A stretch of 64,000 bases of DNA from Bispira polyomma (taxonomy: Eukaryota): assembly GCA_965649765.1 (NCBI GenBank), contig OZ287753.1, positions 37,882,001 through 37,946,000 of the forward strand, in the 5' to 3' direction. The notes beneath the pieces are model-generated. The model was not told the origin of the DNA and ran no database searches. It saw only the letters and a list, made by a program, of their open reading frames with translations. Each line of letters opens with the position of its first letter. The stretch's first letter is position 1. Positions 37,001 through 49,000 of the stretch are shown here, in pieces. Made by a program: the position numbers and the translations under genes.

Positions 37001-40000
37001 TAACTGTAATACTATGTGAACCATATGTCTCATCTCGGGAGGTCCATAATATCCATTTTTAGATATAAATCGTGGGTATATAGAAGACTTTGTGCTTACA
37101 TTTTATTCTGAATGTATGCACATTGTCAGTTTTATGTCAGTTATAAATTTCTAACTACAAATTGCTTCCTGTGAATTCTGAGAGTCCAAACATTGTATCA
37201 CAAATTTTACCTTTCTGAAATTATTTTTGTACTATGAAGCCGTAATTTCAAAATCAATGTGTTATTTTAAGTTTAAAGAAACTACACCTTTCGTTGGTCA
37301 ACAATTGAATTTTGCACTTGATTTGCCTGAATATAACTTTTTAAAATAATCCAGTACAAAAAGAAATAGTGCTATGCAAACCAGTTGTTAATGTTAAAGA
37401 CATATTACAGTTTACGTAATATTGAATAGTGATAGATCAAAAAAAAATGAGGGGGAAAAGAAGATCTCCATGAAGATAGTGATTTTTTTAACACAAACAT
37501 TCAATGGCTGCAAGAAAGTTTTTTTAAACACAAAGATTGAAGGGATGGTAAATACCACATTATACAGTAAAAATATAAAATGATGATGATATTAATTGAT
37601 TTTTTGTTGATTCAAATTAGTCTGGGTTATCAAGCGTGAACTACTGTTCAGCACGGACGACTGCTATTTCCGAGATAGCAAATGGTCTGAGATGTCTTAT
37701 CAAAGTAGAACTAAAAATAGCTGTTAAAAACACAGACATTTTTCCTTAAGAGCATTCACCTGCCCATTTCAGTAAAATTTCCAATGCTTCATTTCCAGCT
37801 TTGGTTTCGGACAGTAGAGATGTTTTTTGATAGAAATTCCCCAAGATTTGTACATGTGTATACCTTAATATTTCGTAATTTCTAGAAGTTTCGACAATTT
37901 TTAGTTTCATAAGAGTGTTCTGTCTTTTGTTGGAGGATAAATGATGATCAAAGACTATAATAAGGTATTGTTGACATTGTTCAGAGACATTATCTCTAGT
38001 ATTGAGTCAATATTTGGTCAAATGTGAGCAATAAATCTATAATATAGCTGTGCAACAAAGGTTGTAAATGACTAATGTCTCTGTCCGTATGTTAACAAGT
38101 AACAAGCTGGAACCATCTATCAAAGAGTGTAGTTCTAATGAACTGATAATAGAAGCAGTGATCTTTGCCTCCTACATTATCAAGCTATTTATGATAACAT
38201 GTTTGGATAGTTTATTCCCTCTATCAAAAACCCCAGACTTAGACTTTTATATACACATGAAATGTGCAGCATATGAGATAACATGTGAATAGCCACATGC
38301 CTGTCTTTTTGGATATCATTCTTTTATAGAGAGAATATTATGTCTTTTATAAGTGTTTCACCACATTATTAAAAGGAAATATTTAGTTATTACATCATAA
38401 GAAGAATGTCGGAACGTATCGTCAATGGTGTTTCGGATGTGGAGATTGAAGAAACAATTGATTTAGGAAATATTGCCAGAAAATCTAAAGAAAATCTGGT
38501 ACACGACTCTCAGATCGGTTCAAATCAGCCCGGTATGCAAATGTCTTGGTCGTCCTCTGTAAGTGGTAAATCCCCCAGTCATGCATGCCCCACATGTGAC
38601 CTTGACCCAAACACTGTGCATGGATATATCACTGAGGCTGAGTTTGTACATACTACTCACAGGAAGGATGTCGAGATCAACAACCTCAACACCAGGGTGG
38701 AGGAGGAACAGTCTCTGGTGGCTCAACTACAGAAGAAGATCAAGGAACTCATGGTAAGTACTACAGTAGAAGAACATCTACTATCCAAATAGCTCACATT
38801 TTGTTCAGATCCTATACAAGTAAAAATTTCTACCAGGAATTAATTTTTCACAATTCCAGGTAATGATTTAGGATTAAAAATGAAGTCCCAGTGAACATTA
38901 AAATTTGCATTTATCTTTTAACTAAGAATTGGCCCTCAGTGAAATTTATTCCAGTGACTTTCTTAAAAATTGTTAGGATATGGGAAAACCACAAAACAAT
39001 AGAGTAATACCTCTTCCACTTTATGAACCTTTCTCTTCCAGCCAAAATTTACATTTCGTTCAGATCCTGTACAAATAGAAATTTCTACCAGGAATTAATT
39101 TTTCACAATTCCAGGTAATGATTTAGGATTAAAAATGAAGTCCCAGTGAACATTTAAATTTGCATTTATCTTTTAACTAAGAATTGGTCCTCAGTGAAAT
39201 TTATTCCAGTGACTTTCTTAAAAATTGTTAGGATATGGGACCTTTCTCTTCCAGCTAAAATTTACATTTCTACAGAAAGAGAAAGGTTCATAAAGTGGAA
39301 GAGGTATTGCTGTATTATGGTTTTCCCATATCCTAGTTGTCCGGTTTGAGTCCAGGTAATGCAATAATATTTATTGGGGGATTGAACAGTCCATTTCCTT
39401 CTGATGCTGATCAATGCTATCTTCCAGGATTATTCCTTCTCAGAGAAGATGCATTGTCTGTCATTTTAGGGCGATATTAAAGCTTCAGCTGCATAAATAA
39501 AGAATATCAAAACATGGAGCCATAATGTTTAATCTATATTATCAGGCTCATGTTCATTATCAATAGAAAAGGGTGTTGTATTCCGCTTACAATATTTTTT
39601 TACTTTAAAACATAATATCTTTAAGCACTTCTTAAGGTTTCATCTCATGAATTTGAACAGCTTGAGAATTCTTAGAACAAAGTATGTAAAACTGGGACAC
39701 CATAAGAGTTTTAGTTAAGATTGGTCTTAATTCTATAAAGTTACTGATATCTTGAAGCTGTACCAATAACAGTGTTTTTTCTGTGATGACCGGTAAAATA
39801 ATAACAAAGAAACATCTTCAGATGTTACAGCTAAAATGTACAATTTTTTATGTCAGTGTTACATTGACTTTTGCCATTTTCCTCCTGAGATAAAAAAGCA
39901 TCAACCGTCAAAACACTTCATATACTCATGGTATAAATGAAGCTCTCTACCTCACAGCTATCTACTCCTGCTTAACAAATTATAGAGCTCCAAGCCAATG

Positions 40001-43000
40001 TATCCTAAAGAATTGTTTTTTTACAGGTGGCATCTGCTTTTGCTGGTTTCTTTTAACTGTTTCTACCATAAGCTCTCACAGATTCCATTTTTATTTATCA
40101 TTTCGGGAATAGTTTTGTGTTCACACCAAAAAAACGGTCTAGCAGCTAGATAACAAACGAGTAGAACAAACGTTTACAGCTGAAGAGAGATGGGGATATA
40201 TTTTTTTACCCTACCTTTGAGCATTCTTGTTATCTGTTACCATGATAACTCTTGTCTGTAGCTACAGCTGCAGCATCACTTAGTGCCAGAGATGCATATT
40301 TCTTGGACTGTTTAAGCATCATTCTGACTCTCCCCCCCCCCTTCTCCTCTTCCTTTTTTTAAATTTTCTCTGTCCCTGTACTTCAATATAAACTGAACAT
40401 GTACACATCTTTGAGGCCTATGGAAATAACTTGTTTCAATTATAGATTAAATAGTCAAACCAAGTTAAAGTTCACATGTTTAGTTAGTTTATTGCATTTC
40501 AAATTCTCATCATTTCGGCTTTAGTTTCTTTAAATTGTACACCATAAATGAAATGATCATATGGTTTACCTTAAGTAATATCTTAGTTACAGAAGCTATG
40601 ACTCAATCCTTAAATTTGGTTCTCTGTAGACAAGTAGAATTCTTCAACCGTCTGAGAGATTTTTTTCTCAACTGGATTTTTCCACAACTATGTAGTAGTT
40701 TTTCAAGTAGGTTGGCTGACTGCAGTTGTTTTAGGGTGTTCTGAGAGGAGGCTGTAGAATTTCGGTGGTAGTACACTGGTGTGTGTACATTGTTGTTGAG
40801 CTGTTTCTCTTCTGCTAGATTCCTCTTAGATAATATCTGATTTCAGTGGATTTATGAGGTGGAATATCTTGCAGAAACTTTTAAGTGGATTAAAACCAAC
40901 CTCCTTGAGAGCAGAGTTTCTTGCTTTCATTTCGCAAAACAAACTGGACTTTCTTAGGAGTAAATAAGAAGGATACCATTACAACAACTTTACTCACTTT
41001 TTCGATTGGAATTGCAATTTTGGAAATTGCTTTGCATTCTGTTTTATGGATTGTTATAATAATCAACTAAAACTTCAAGATGGCAGACATACAAAATATT
41101 ACGAATGATACCGTCATCGTTTCTAGTTCAGCAGCATCAACCGTTGATAATGAACTAAAATGCCTATCAACAGATGATATCTCTTCAGATACTGTACCAG
41201 TAATGTCAATAATTGAAGGGGATAAAATCCATGTTAGAGCCTCAGATATTGGTTCAACTTTCAAAAAATCTGTTTCGCCAGTGCCAGAATTTAGTAATCT
41301 TACCAAGAGATATGATGATATTTTGGAAATTGATAAGGATTATAAAACAAGACTGCTTGACACAGCTGGAGCATTTAAGTCAAGTGTGCGAGATAACATC
41401 TACTCACACAAAGTGATAGCGGACAATCCTCCCGAGGCCTATGTTAATCCTCGTATTTCTAGCAGAAGCAGACATGTGATGAGACAGGCGTATGAGATGG
41501 GCTTCTGTTCTCCAGGTCTCAAGGCACTCTATGATGTAGGCAACACTGGTTATTAATAACAGAATAAGGTTCTATGTATTTAAAAAAAATATATTTCTAT
41601 GGCCTAGGCATCGAGAAGGCATGTTAATTATCAGCAATACAAAACAAAAGATACCTGTCTGGTGATGGAATTGCAGAAATATTATATTTGCAATAATCTT
41701 TTGCAGGATTTGCTGCTTAATTGTTGTCCCAGGTAGTTTTATGATTCTGTGACTTGTTATTTTTTCAGGCCCGCATTGAAGAACTTGAGGAGGAACTGGA
41801 AGCTGAGAGGCAGACCAGGTCAAAGGTCAGTAAACTATTGTTTGCATCGTCACTGGTTTTGCTAAAATAATTACAAGAAAATATTAGTTTTGTCTTAAAT
41901 GGTTTTGTTAAAAAATTCACGGTGTAGCTAAAATTCAAAATTTAAAATAGGCTTTGCAATTTAGTGACATATAAGATACAGTATAATGGAGAATGTTATT
42001 TGTCATGGAAAAATTTGGTATAGTCGTAAGCTATAGTAAAACAAATGCTTAAATATCTGTATAAAAAGATAAAGGAGTTTATCACAAGTTATTCTTTTGT
42101 TAAGTATAAAGTCACTTGCTATAATTCAGTATAGTTGTAATTTGCACTGGAATTCTATTGTTCTCAATTTGTGCATGTTATTCCACTTGAGATATCCACT
42201 TAATCATCACTAGATTAGATTAGACATTCAGTAAACCTAAATCTATGAGTCTGTGTTCAATTCTTACCACAAACTATCTGAGACACTAAACGCACAAAAG
42301 ACTAGTGTGTGCGGCATATCCTTTTGATTAGTGAAGGTATGCATTCCATTAAGTATATGACTCACACAAGTCTAAGTGATGTTGTTGATAGCACTACCAG
42401 ATGTGAGGCTGTATTTTTATCACACATAATATCCATCAGTGTCTGTAGAACTAAAGGAGAACACCTTCCAATGCCTTCTACTTAAGCACAAGCATTACTT
42501 ACTCAATCAGTTACTCTCGTAAAATAAGAAATAAATATCCTAAGTATTTTTTATCTAATTATTGGTTGCAGAAATAACTTGTTAAAAACTACTTTGGACT
42601 TTACTATGAAACATTCTTTAGTTTTAAGCCACTCACTATGCTAATGTGGTTTGCAATGTGGTTTGATATTTTCTGTATATTAACTGGATCATTCCGTTTA
42701 CTTAAATACTGTTCTGATTGTGATAGTTTATACTTTGGATCCATGGGATGATTAAGACACAATCTTCTTTAACATGCATCAAGTTTTTTTTAAAAATCGT
42801 GAAAATGTGGGTTATATAGATATGTTGGTCATTGACACTTTTCTTGATAAGCTTGAATTGCCAGAAACTTGAGGTGGAGCACATATCAACATCTCTAAAA
42901 TTCTTTACATCACCATCATTTTAAATGGTCATCAAGGCCACTATATCTACTCCTGCATCAGATAATAATTTCTGCAAATCATATACTGCCACTTTGTGGT

Positions 43001-46000
43001 GGGAATATGGTGGTATAGATCTAATGCTCTCACCTCCCAAGTCTTGGGTTCAATTGTCAGACACGACGTACCGTGTATATGTGTGAAAGTTCTTTGGGAA
43101 GTTTACTTTCTAGCATCAAACAACTGCCTGTTGAGATATAATGTGCTTTTCTTGTAGTTCATCAATGAATCTTAGTTTCTTGGTGACAGCCCTCTTTGTC
43201 TAGTATGGCCATTTATTGCCTTAGAAGATGCTAAGTCTCCCTTTTTGGTGACTTTATAAAGTTCCCATGACAATGCTAATATTGATGTGTAGTGGACATT
43301 TTCTTCTATAGTTTCTATTCTCTCTTTGCAGATTGACAAGCAGCGCCAGGCCCTGCAGCGTGAACTTGATGAACTCGGTGAGCGTCTGGATGAAGCTGGC
43401 GGCACCACTGCTGCTCAGGTAAAATCATTTATCATAACTATAATAAAATAGTTATACACAGCCCACAGTTTATACACCCTAACCTTTCTGAATATCCCAT
43501 GGGCATTAAACTTGAATTTAGGAAACTATATGGGATGGCCTCTACAGTGATTATGGTTTTCTGTTCCAAATATTATTTACAATACTAAATACTGGAGGTG
43601 GGCTATTTATAAAGGCATGAGCTATACTGATAGAATTCCATGTTCTTACACATTTCACACACTATAATCCTCTTACGTATGCTGACACATTAGGTTGAGC
43701 TAAACAAGAAGCGTGAGGCTGAGATCCAGTCTCTGAAGAGAGAGCTCGAGTCCCAGGCCATCCAGTCTGAACAACAGGTCGCCTCCATGAAGAAGAAACA
43801 GCAGGACTCTGTCAATGAACTCTCTGACCAAGTAGACAACCTGGCCAAGATCAAGAGCAAGTCAGTGTCTCATCATTATAGTACTTATCTCACCATATAG
43901 AGTCAACAACCTTTTTTACTAGCTTTAGAATTTGGTTATACAAATATTAAACCTAAAGCTAAATCTTTATAGCTGCAATATATTCCTCGAAAAAAGTTCA
44001 ACTCTGTGCCAAGAAGAAACAATTAGATTACTTCTGTGATAAAAAGGTCTGATCAAGATAAATTTAAATAAAGTTTACAACAGTATTCCTATTAAACAAT
44101 TATTAGTCGTCAAAGATTGTTATTCTGTTCTCTGTTTGTCTCAGCCAAACATATGGGCTGAAAGTATTGTTTCAAAGAATCTCATTTTCTGAGATAAGAA
44201 AAATTCTAAGTCTGCTAGTTCCCATTAAAAGTTGATCTCGACATGATTTTACTGTTGGGTATAACTTTGTTCTGCTTAATTTACTGTATCCAGGGACTGT
44301 AATTTTTGCAAACGTCTTCAGTGTAACTGTAACTGTACTTAAATGCCTTATCTAAACAATGTCACTCATTATAGCTCTCTTTAGTTTATAGACTGTTACA
44401 TATAGTTCTGTACTTGTAATTTACTGCATGGAATTGAATTAAATTATTCTTTTCTCTTCTTATTTAAGACTATACTCAGTCTAACTACTTAAATTATTTA
44501 AGCTTTTTAAGATATGAATACACTTTTAATTGGTGCATGATTCTGTCATCTATTTTTCTATCATTTTCAATACTTTTGTCATATTTTCCAAATTTTATAC
44601 AAGCACAGGTTTAATATTTTTGTTAAGTTTTGCACTTAAGATTTATGCAGCACAGTAAACCAGGGTCAAGTTAAATCGTAAGGCTTGCACCATTCTCTTT
44701 GATGTCATGGGTTCAAATATTCAGGCCTTTTAAAATGAATGTGGGAAAGTTGGCAGTAGACTTGCTAAAGGCTAGTGGTTTGCAGAACAGAAAACTCTTG
44801 ATCAACTACCCTGTGCCCTGATTTCCACCATTAGTGAACTGCCCCCATTGTGATATGACACAAAGACGTGTTAAAAGCCACATTAAACCCAAAATAAAAT
44901 AATTTATTTATGAATGGTCATCCAAGAGGTATATCTACTTAAGAGGGTGTTTGTGACTGTACCTAGGAATGCACTACTGTTCTGATTTAGGGTTGAAAAG
45001 GAGAGGAACCAACTCAAGGTTGAACTAGATGATATCCAGGGACAACTGGAACACGTCAGCAAGGGCAAGGTAAACCAAAAACACCCAGAATTTGATGTCA
45101 AGGTTCCCACAGGGCATGCATGAAAAACCTCGGTCCACACAAACTTAAGCTCAACTCAATGAGCTATCTTTGTAATATATGATTGTTACATGGAAATATT
45201 CTATGCTTGTAACCATTCATTTTAATAGAGCTTTCAGTACTAAATTCAAATATGTACTCAAATTTTACCAATTTACTGCTTTATAATCTAGCATGAGAGA
45301 TATATGTGTACACCTTTGATTTGAGCTTAAGTATTTTAGAGAATACGTCCACAGGAACAAGATAGAAAATCCAGTCAGAATTTTATGAAAGCGATAAAAT
45401 CCCACAACTACTGCCAAAATGAGCAAATATGATACCAGTCGTGTGATATTTTCACATTACATTCCAAAAACCATCTGACAAAAGTAACCTTTTAACAATC
45501 TGCACATATTTTGGTTAACGTTAAAGCTAGAGATTGGTCTGGAAATGATTGTTGTATTAGGTGATAGGAGGCCGTACGTTGCAAAATCGTCTCAAAATTC
45601 AAATATCGCAAAGTTAAATGATTACATATGAATCTGGAAAGTGAAAATTGTGACTGGAAAACTTTTGAAAAAAAAGTTTTAATGTCCCACCATTGGTCTA
45701 ATCTACTTACACTGTGTTTTGGTTTGAAGTGAACAAGCATGAATAACTGCATGAATATCTCTACCTTACTTTTATATATGATCCAGTCGGTTTTATACAA
45801 AATCTTCTCCAGCCTAAAATATGAATAAGCAATGCTGACCAGTGTCCAGGCTAAAATCTGGAAAGAGTAATGCTGACCAACGTCCACAATTATATTTAGA
45901 CAGAAATCCTACTTAACATCTCTATAATATTGTGTGCATCACGCAGCATTCAACCTAATATTTTCTTGTGAGTCTTTTACATTTTAAGCACACAGTACTT

Positions 46001-49000
46001 GCACAACAACACAGAGCATAAATAGCTCAGAAAATAGCAATAATTTCCTGTTTTGATTTTTCTAAATAAAATATTGATGCATGGTCTTTTATTTCTTATT
46101 GTTAGTTGCATGCTAATAACCGTAGCTGTACCTGTAGAAGTTAATATCAATAGAACAGTTCCATCATTTTTCTATTACTATGACTAACATATAAAAAGAA
46201 TAAATAGTGATGTTAACATGATAATGGCTTAAGGCTTTTCAAAAGCTTTTAACCCATTTTTGTCTGGTAAAATTGTAATGTAGGCTTTCTATTAACTAAT
46301 AGTAGGTATATTAACTGTTGGAAAAATTACACCACAACCCAGATGTAACACAGGTGTAACTCTAAAAGCATGTCAACAACTTTTCAGCATGTGTGTGTGT
46401 GTCCCCATGTTTATAGTGTGTGTTTTACAGAAGTGACAAAGAAAGGCATGAACTTGAAAAGGAATGTGAAGAACTGCTTATTAGTTTAGAACAGTCAGAA
46501 AGAATAAGGGTAGGTTCCTGTCACAGAAGTAAAAAGCTAAATATTTAGTTTACGCGACTAAATTGAATGCAGTAGAACCTCTATTATTGTCTGAAGTTGT
46601 TGGGAGAGCAATATTGTTTGGGAAATCAAAGGTGCCTAAAATAGAATAGGCATTTTGGTATAAAACTACCAGAAAACATATATTTATGAGAATGGAAATT
46701 AGTTTATTAAGTCAAATCTTCAGATACTAGAAGTTCTAGTGCATTATATGGTGAAATATTCTAAATGTTGAAAAAACAAGCTGTACAATCGTCATGTTAA
46801 AATACAGAACTATCTTTTAAACTTCAGCAATAAATATAAAATATTCTTTTATTGCTAGCTGAAAACTAATTCTGTCCTTTGACACACAATACGTGTACAT
46901 CTCCTTTAAATGAAGTCACTGTACTATTAAGAGTTGTTGCTAGCTGTATATTAATGCCATCCTACCAGACACAATACGTGTATGTCTTTTTCAAACAAAG
47001 TCACTGTACTACTATTTAAACAGAGCCAGGCTGACAAGATGGGCAAACAGTTGGAATCTCAACTCGGAGATCTCAATTCCAAACTGGATGATGCCAGCCG
47101 CAACATCCAGGACATGACATCCCAGAAGAACCGCCTGGAGCAGGAGAACTCCGAACTGGGCCGCCAGTTGGAGGAGGCTGAGAGTCAGCTAAGCCAGCTG
47201 AACAAGCAGAAACAGGCTCTCCAGAAGGCCCTGGAAGAGGCCAAGGCACTGGCTGAAGATGAAGGCCGTATGCGTGCCAAGCTCCAGGGTGAAAACCGCA
47301 ACATGAATGCCGACCTAGACCAACTCCGCGAACAGATCGAGGAGGAAGCCGAGGGCCGTGCTGACCTACAGAGGCTCCTGACCAAGGCCAATGGAGAGAT
47401 CCAGACCTGGCGCCGCAAGTTTGAGAGCGGTGAGGGTGGTGTACGCTCCGAGGAGATGGACGACCTCAAGAGGAAGATGAACCAGAAACTGGCAGATGCT
47501 GAAGCTCAACTGGAAGCTGCTCAGAGCAAGGCCAGCTCTCTGGAGAAGGCAAAGAACAGGTATAACAAAGTGGTTGTGGAAGACAAATTATATATGGGGG
47601 AGAGTGGTTTTATCATTGTAGCATTAAGTGTTTTTGGCAAGCAGGGAAGATATTTATACTTGTTATCAATGTTAAACTTTTGATACAATCATGCACTTGC
47701 TACTTCTGTGTAAGCAAACAGTTTTATGGGAGGATGTTATTTCACTGGATTTAGTGATTTCATAGTAAATTTTAAATTTAAACCCATTGTGATGTTACAG
47801 TATAATCTCCATATATTTTACGTTCACAGAAACCAGCTAAAATGTTTGATAATCACAACAATTTTACTGATGGCCAAATAAATTTATTCATTACAGAGAG
47901 GCGTTTACCATTCAGAAGTGCCCACCAACTGAGATATTGCTATATTGCTACAATAAACTCTCTTCTGTATTATTTCAGATTGTTACAGTATAATCTCCAT
48001 ATATTTAACGTTCACAGAAACCAGCTGAAATGTTCGATAATCACTGTACAATTTTACTGATGGCCAAATAAATTTATTCATTACAGAGAGGCGTTCACCA
48101 TTCAGAAGTGCCCACCAACTGAGATATTGCTATATTGCTACAATAAACTCTCTTCTGTATTATTTCAGACTCCAGGGTGAACTGGAAGATCTTATGATTG
48201 AGGTTGAAAGGTCCACAGCTATCGCCAATCAAGCTGAGAAGAGGCAACGTAGCTTTGACAAGACCGTTGATGAATGGAAGCGCAAGGTTGCTGACCTGCA
48301 GGCTGAACTGGAAAGAAGCAATGCTGAAGGTCGCGGCAATGCTGCTGAAGTGTACAAACTGAGATCTCAACTGGATGAGACCAGTGACACCATTGACGCT
48401 CTTCGCAGAGAGAACAAGAATTTGGCTGGTATGTAAAGTGATTGTTGTACTTACAGTAGAACCTTTATTATCTGAGCTTCTATTATTTGAATATTTGATT
48501 GTATGAACACCTTTTCTACTTTAATTCCTCTTGCCAGATTCATGACATGAAACCCTATAGTATATAATACAGAGAAACCACAATTATTCAAATACCCCTG
48601 ATTTTAGATAAGCTCAATAGGCCATAAAAAAATTCTTAGACATGATGATCTAACAACTTTCCAGTCTATTAATAATGGACAGGTCTTTTATATCAAAGGA
48701 ACACGTGTCTTTCATCAACTAAAAAATATTTAATAAGTAATATTTCTACTTAAAAAACATTTAAGGCTATACTAGCATTTTTATGTACAAAACTACTTAA
48801 GTGTGATGCTATAAAATATCTAGACCTTGATTTTACATAAGCTCACTGGGCCATGTCAAAGTACTTATCATCTCCTATACAGTGTATTTTCAAGAGCTTC
48901 TGTTTTAGTTCACATGTTTTTTTACCTTCTTACAGATGAAATCCATGACCTAACTGACCAACTTGGTGAGGGAGGCCGTAGCGTACATGAACTCGAGAAA

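Noticed and set aside
2298-46509. Repeated exons as evidence of several tandem myosin genes or misassembly
   Set aside because: Copies are local, interleaved with single-copy exons in one colinear gene, and diverged at synonymous sites with dissimilar flanking introns.
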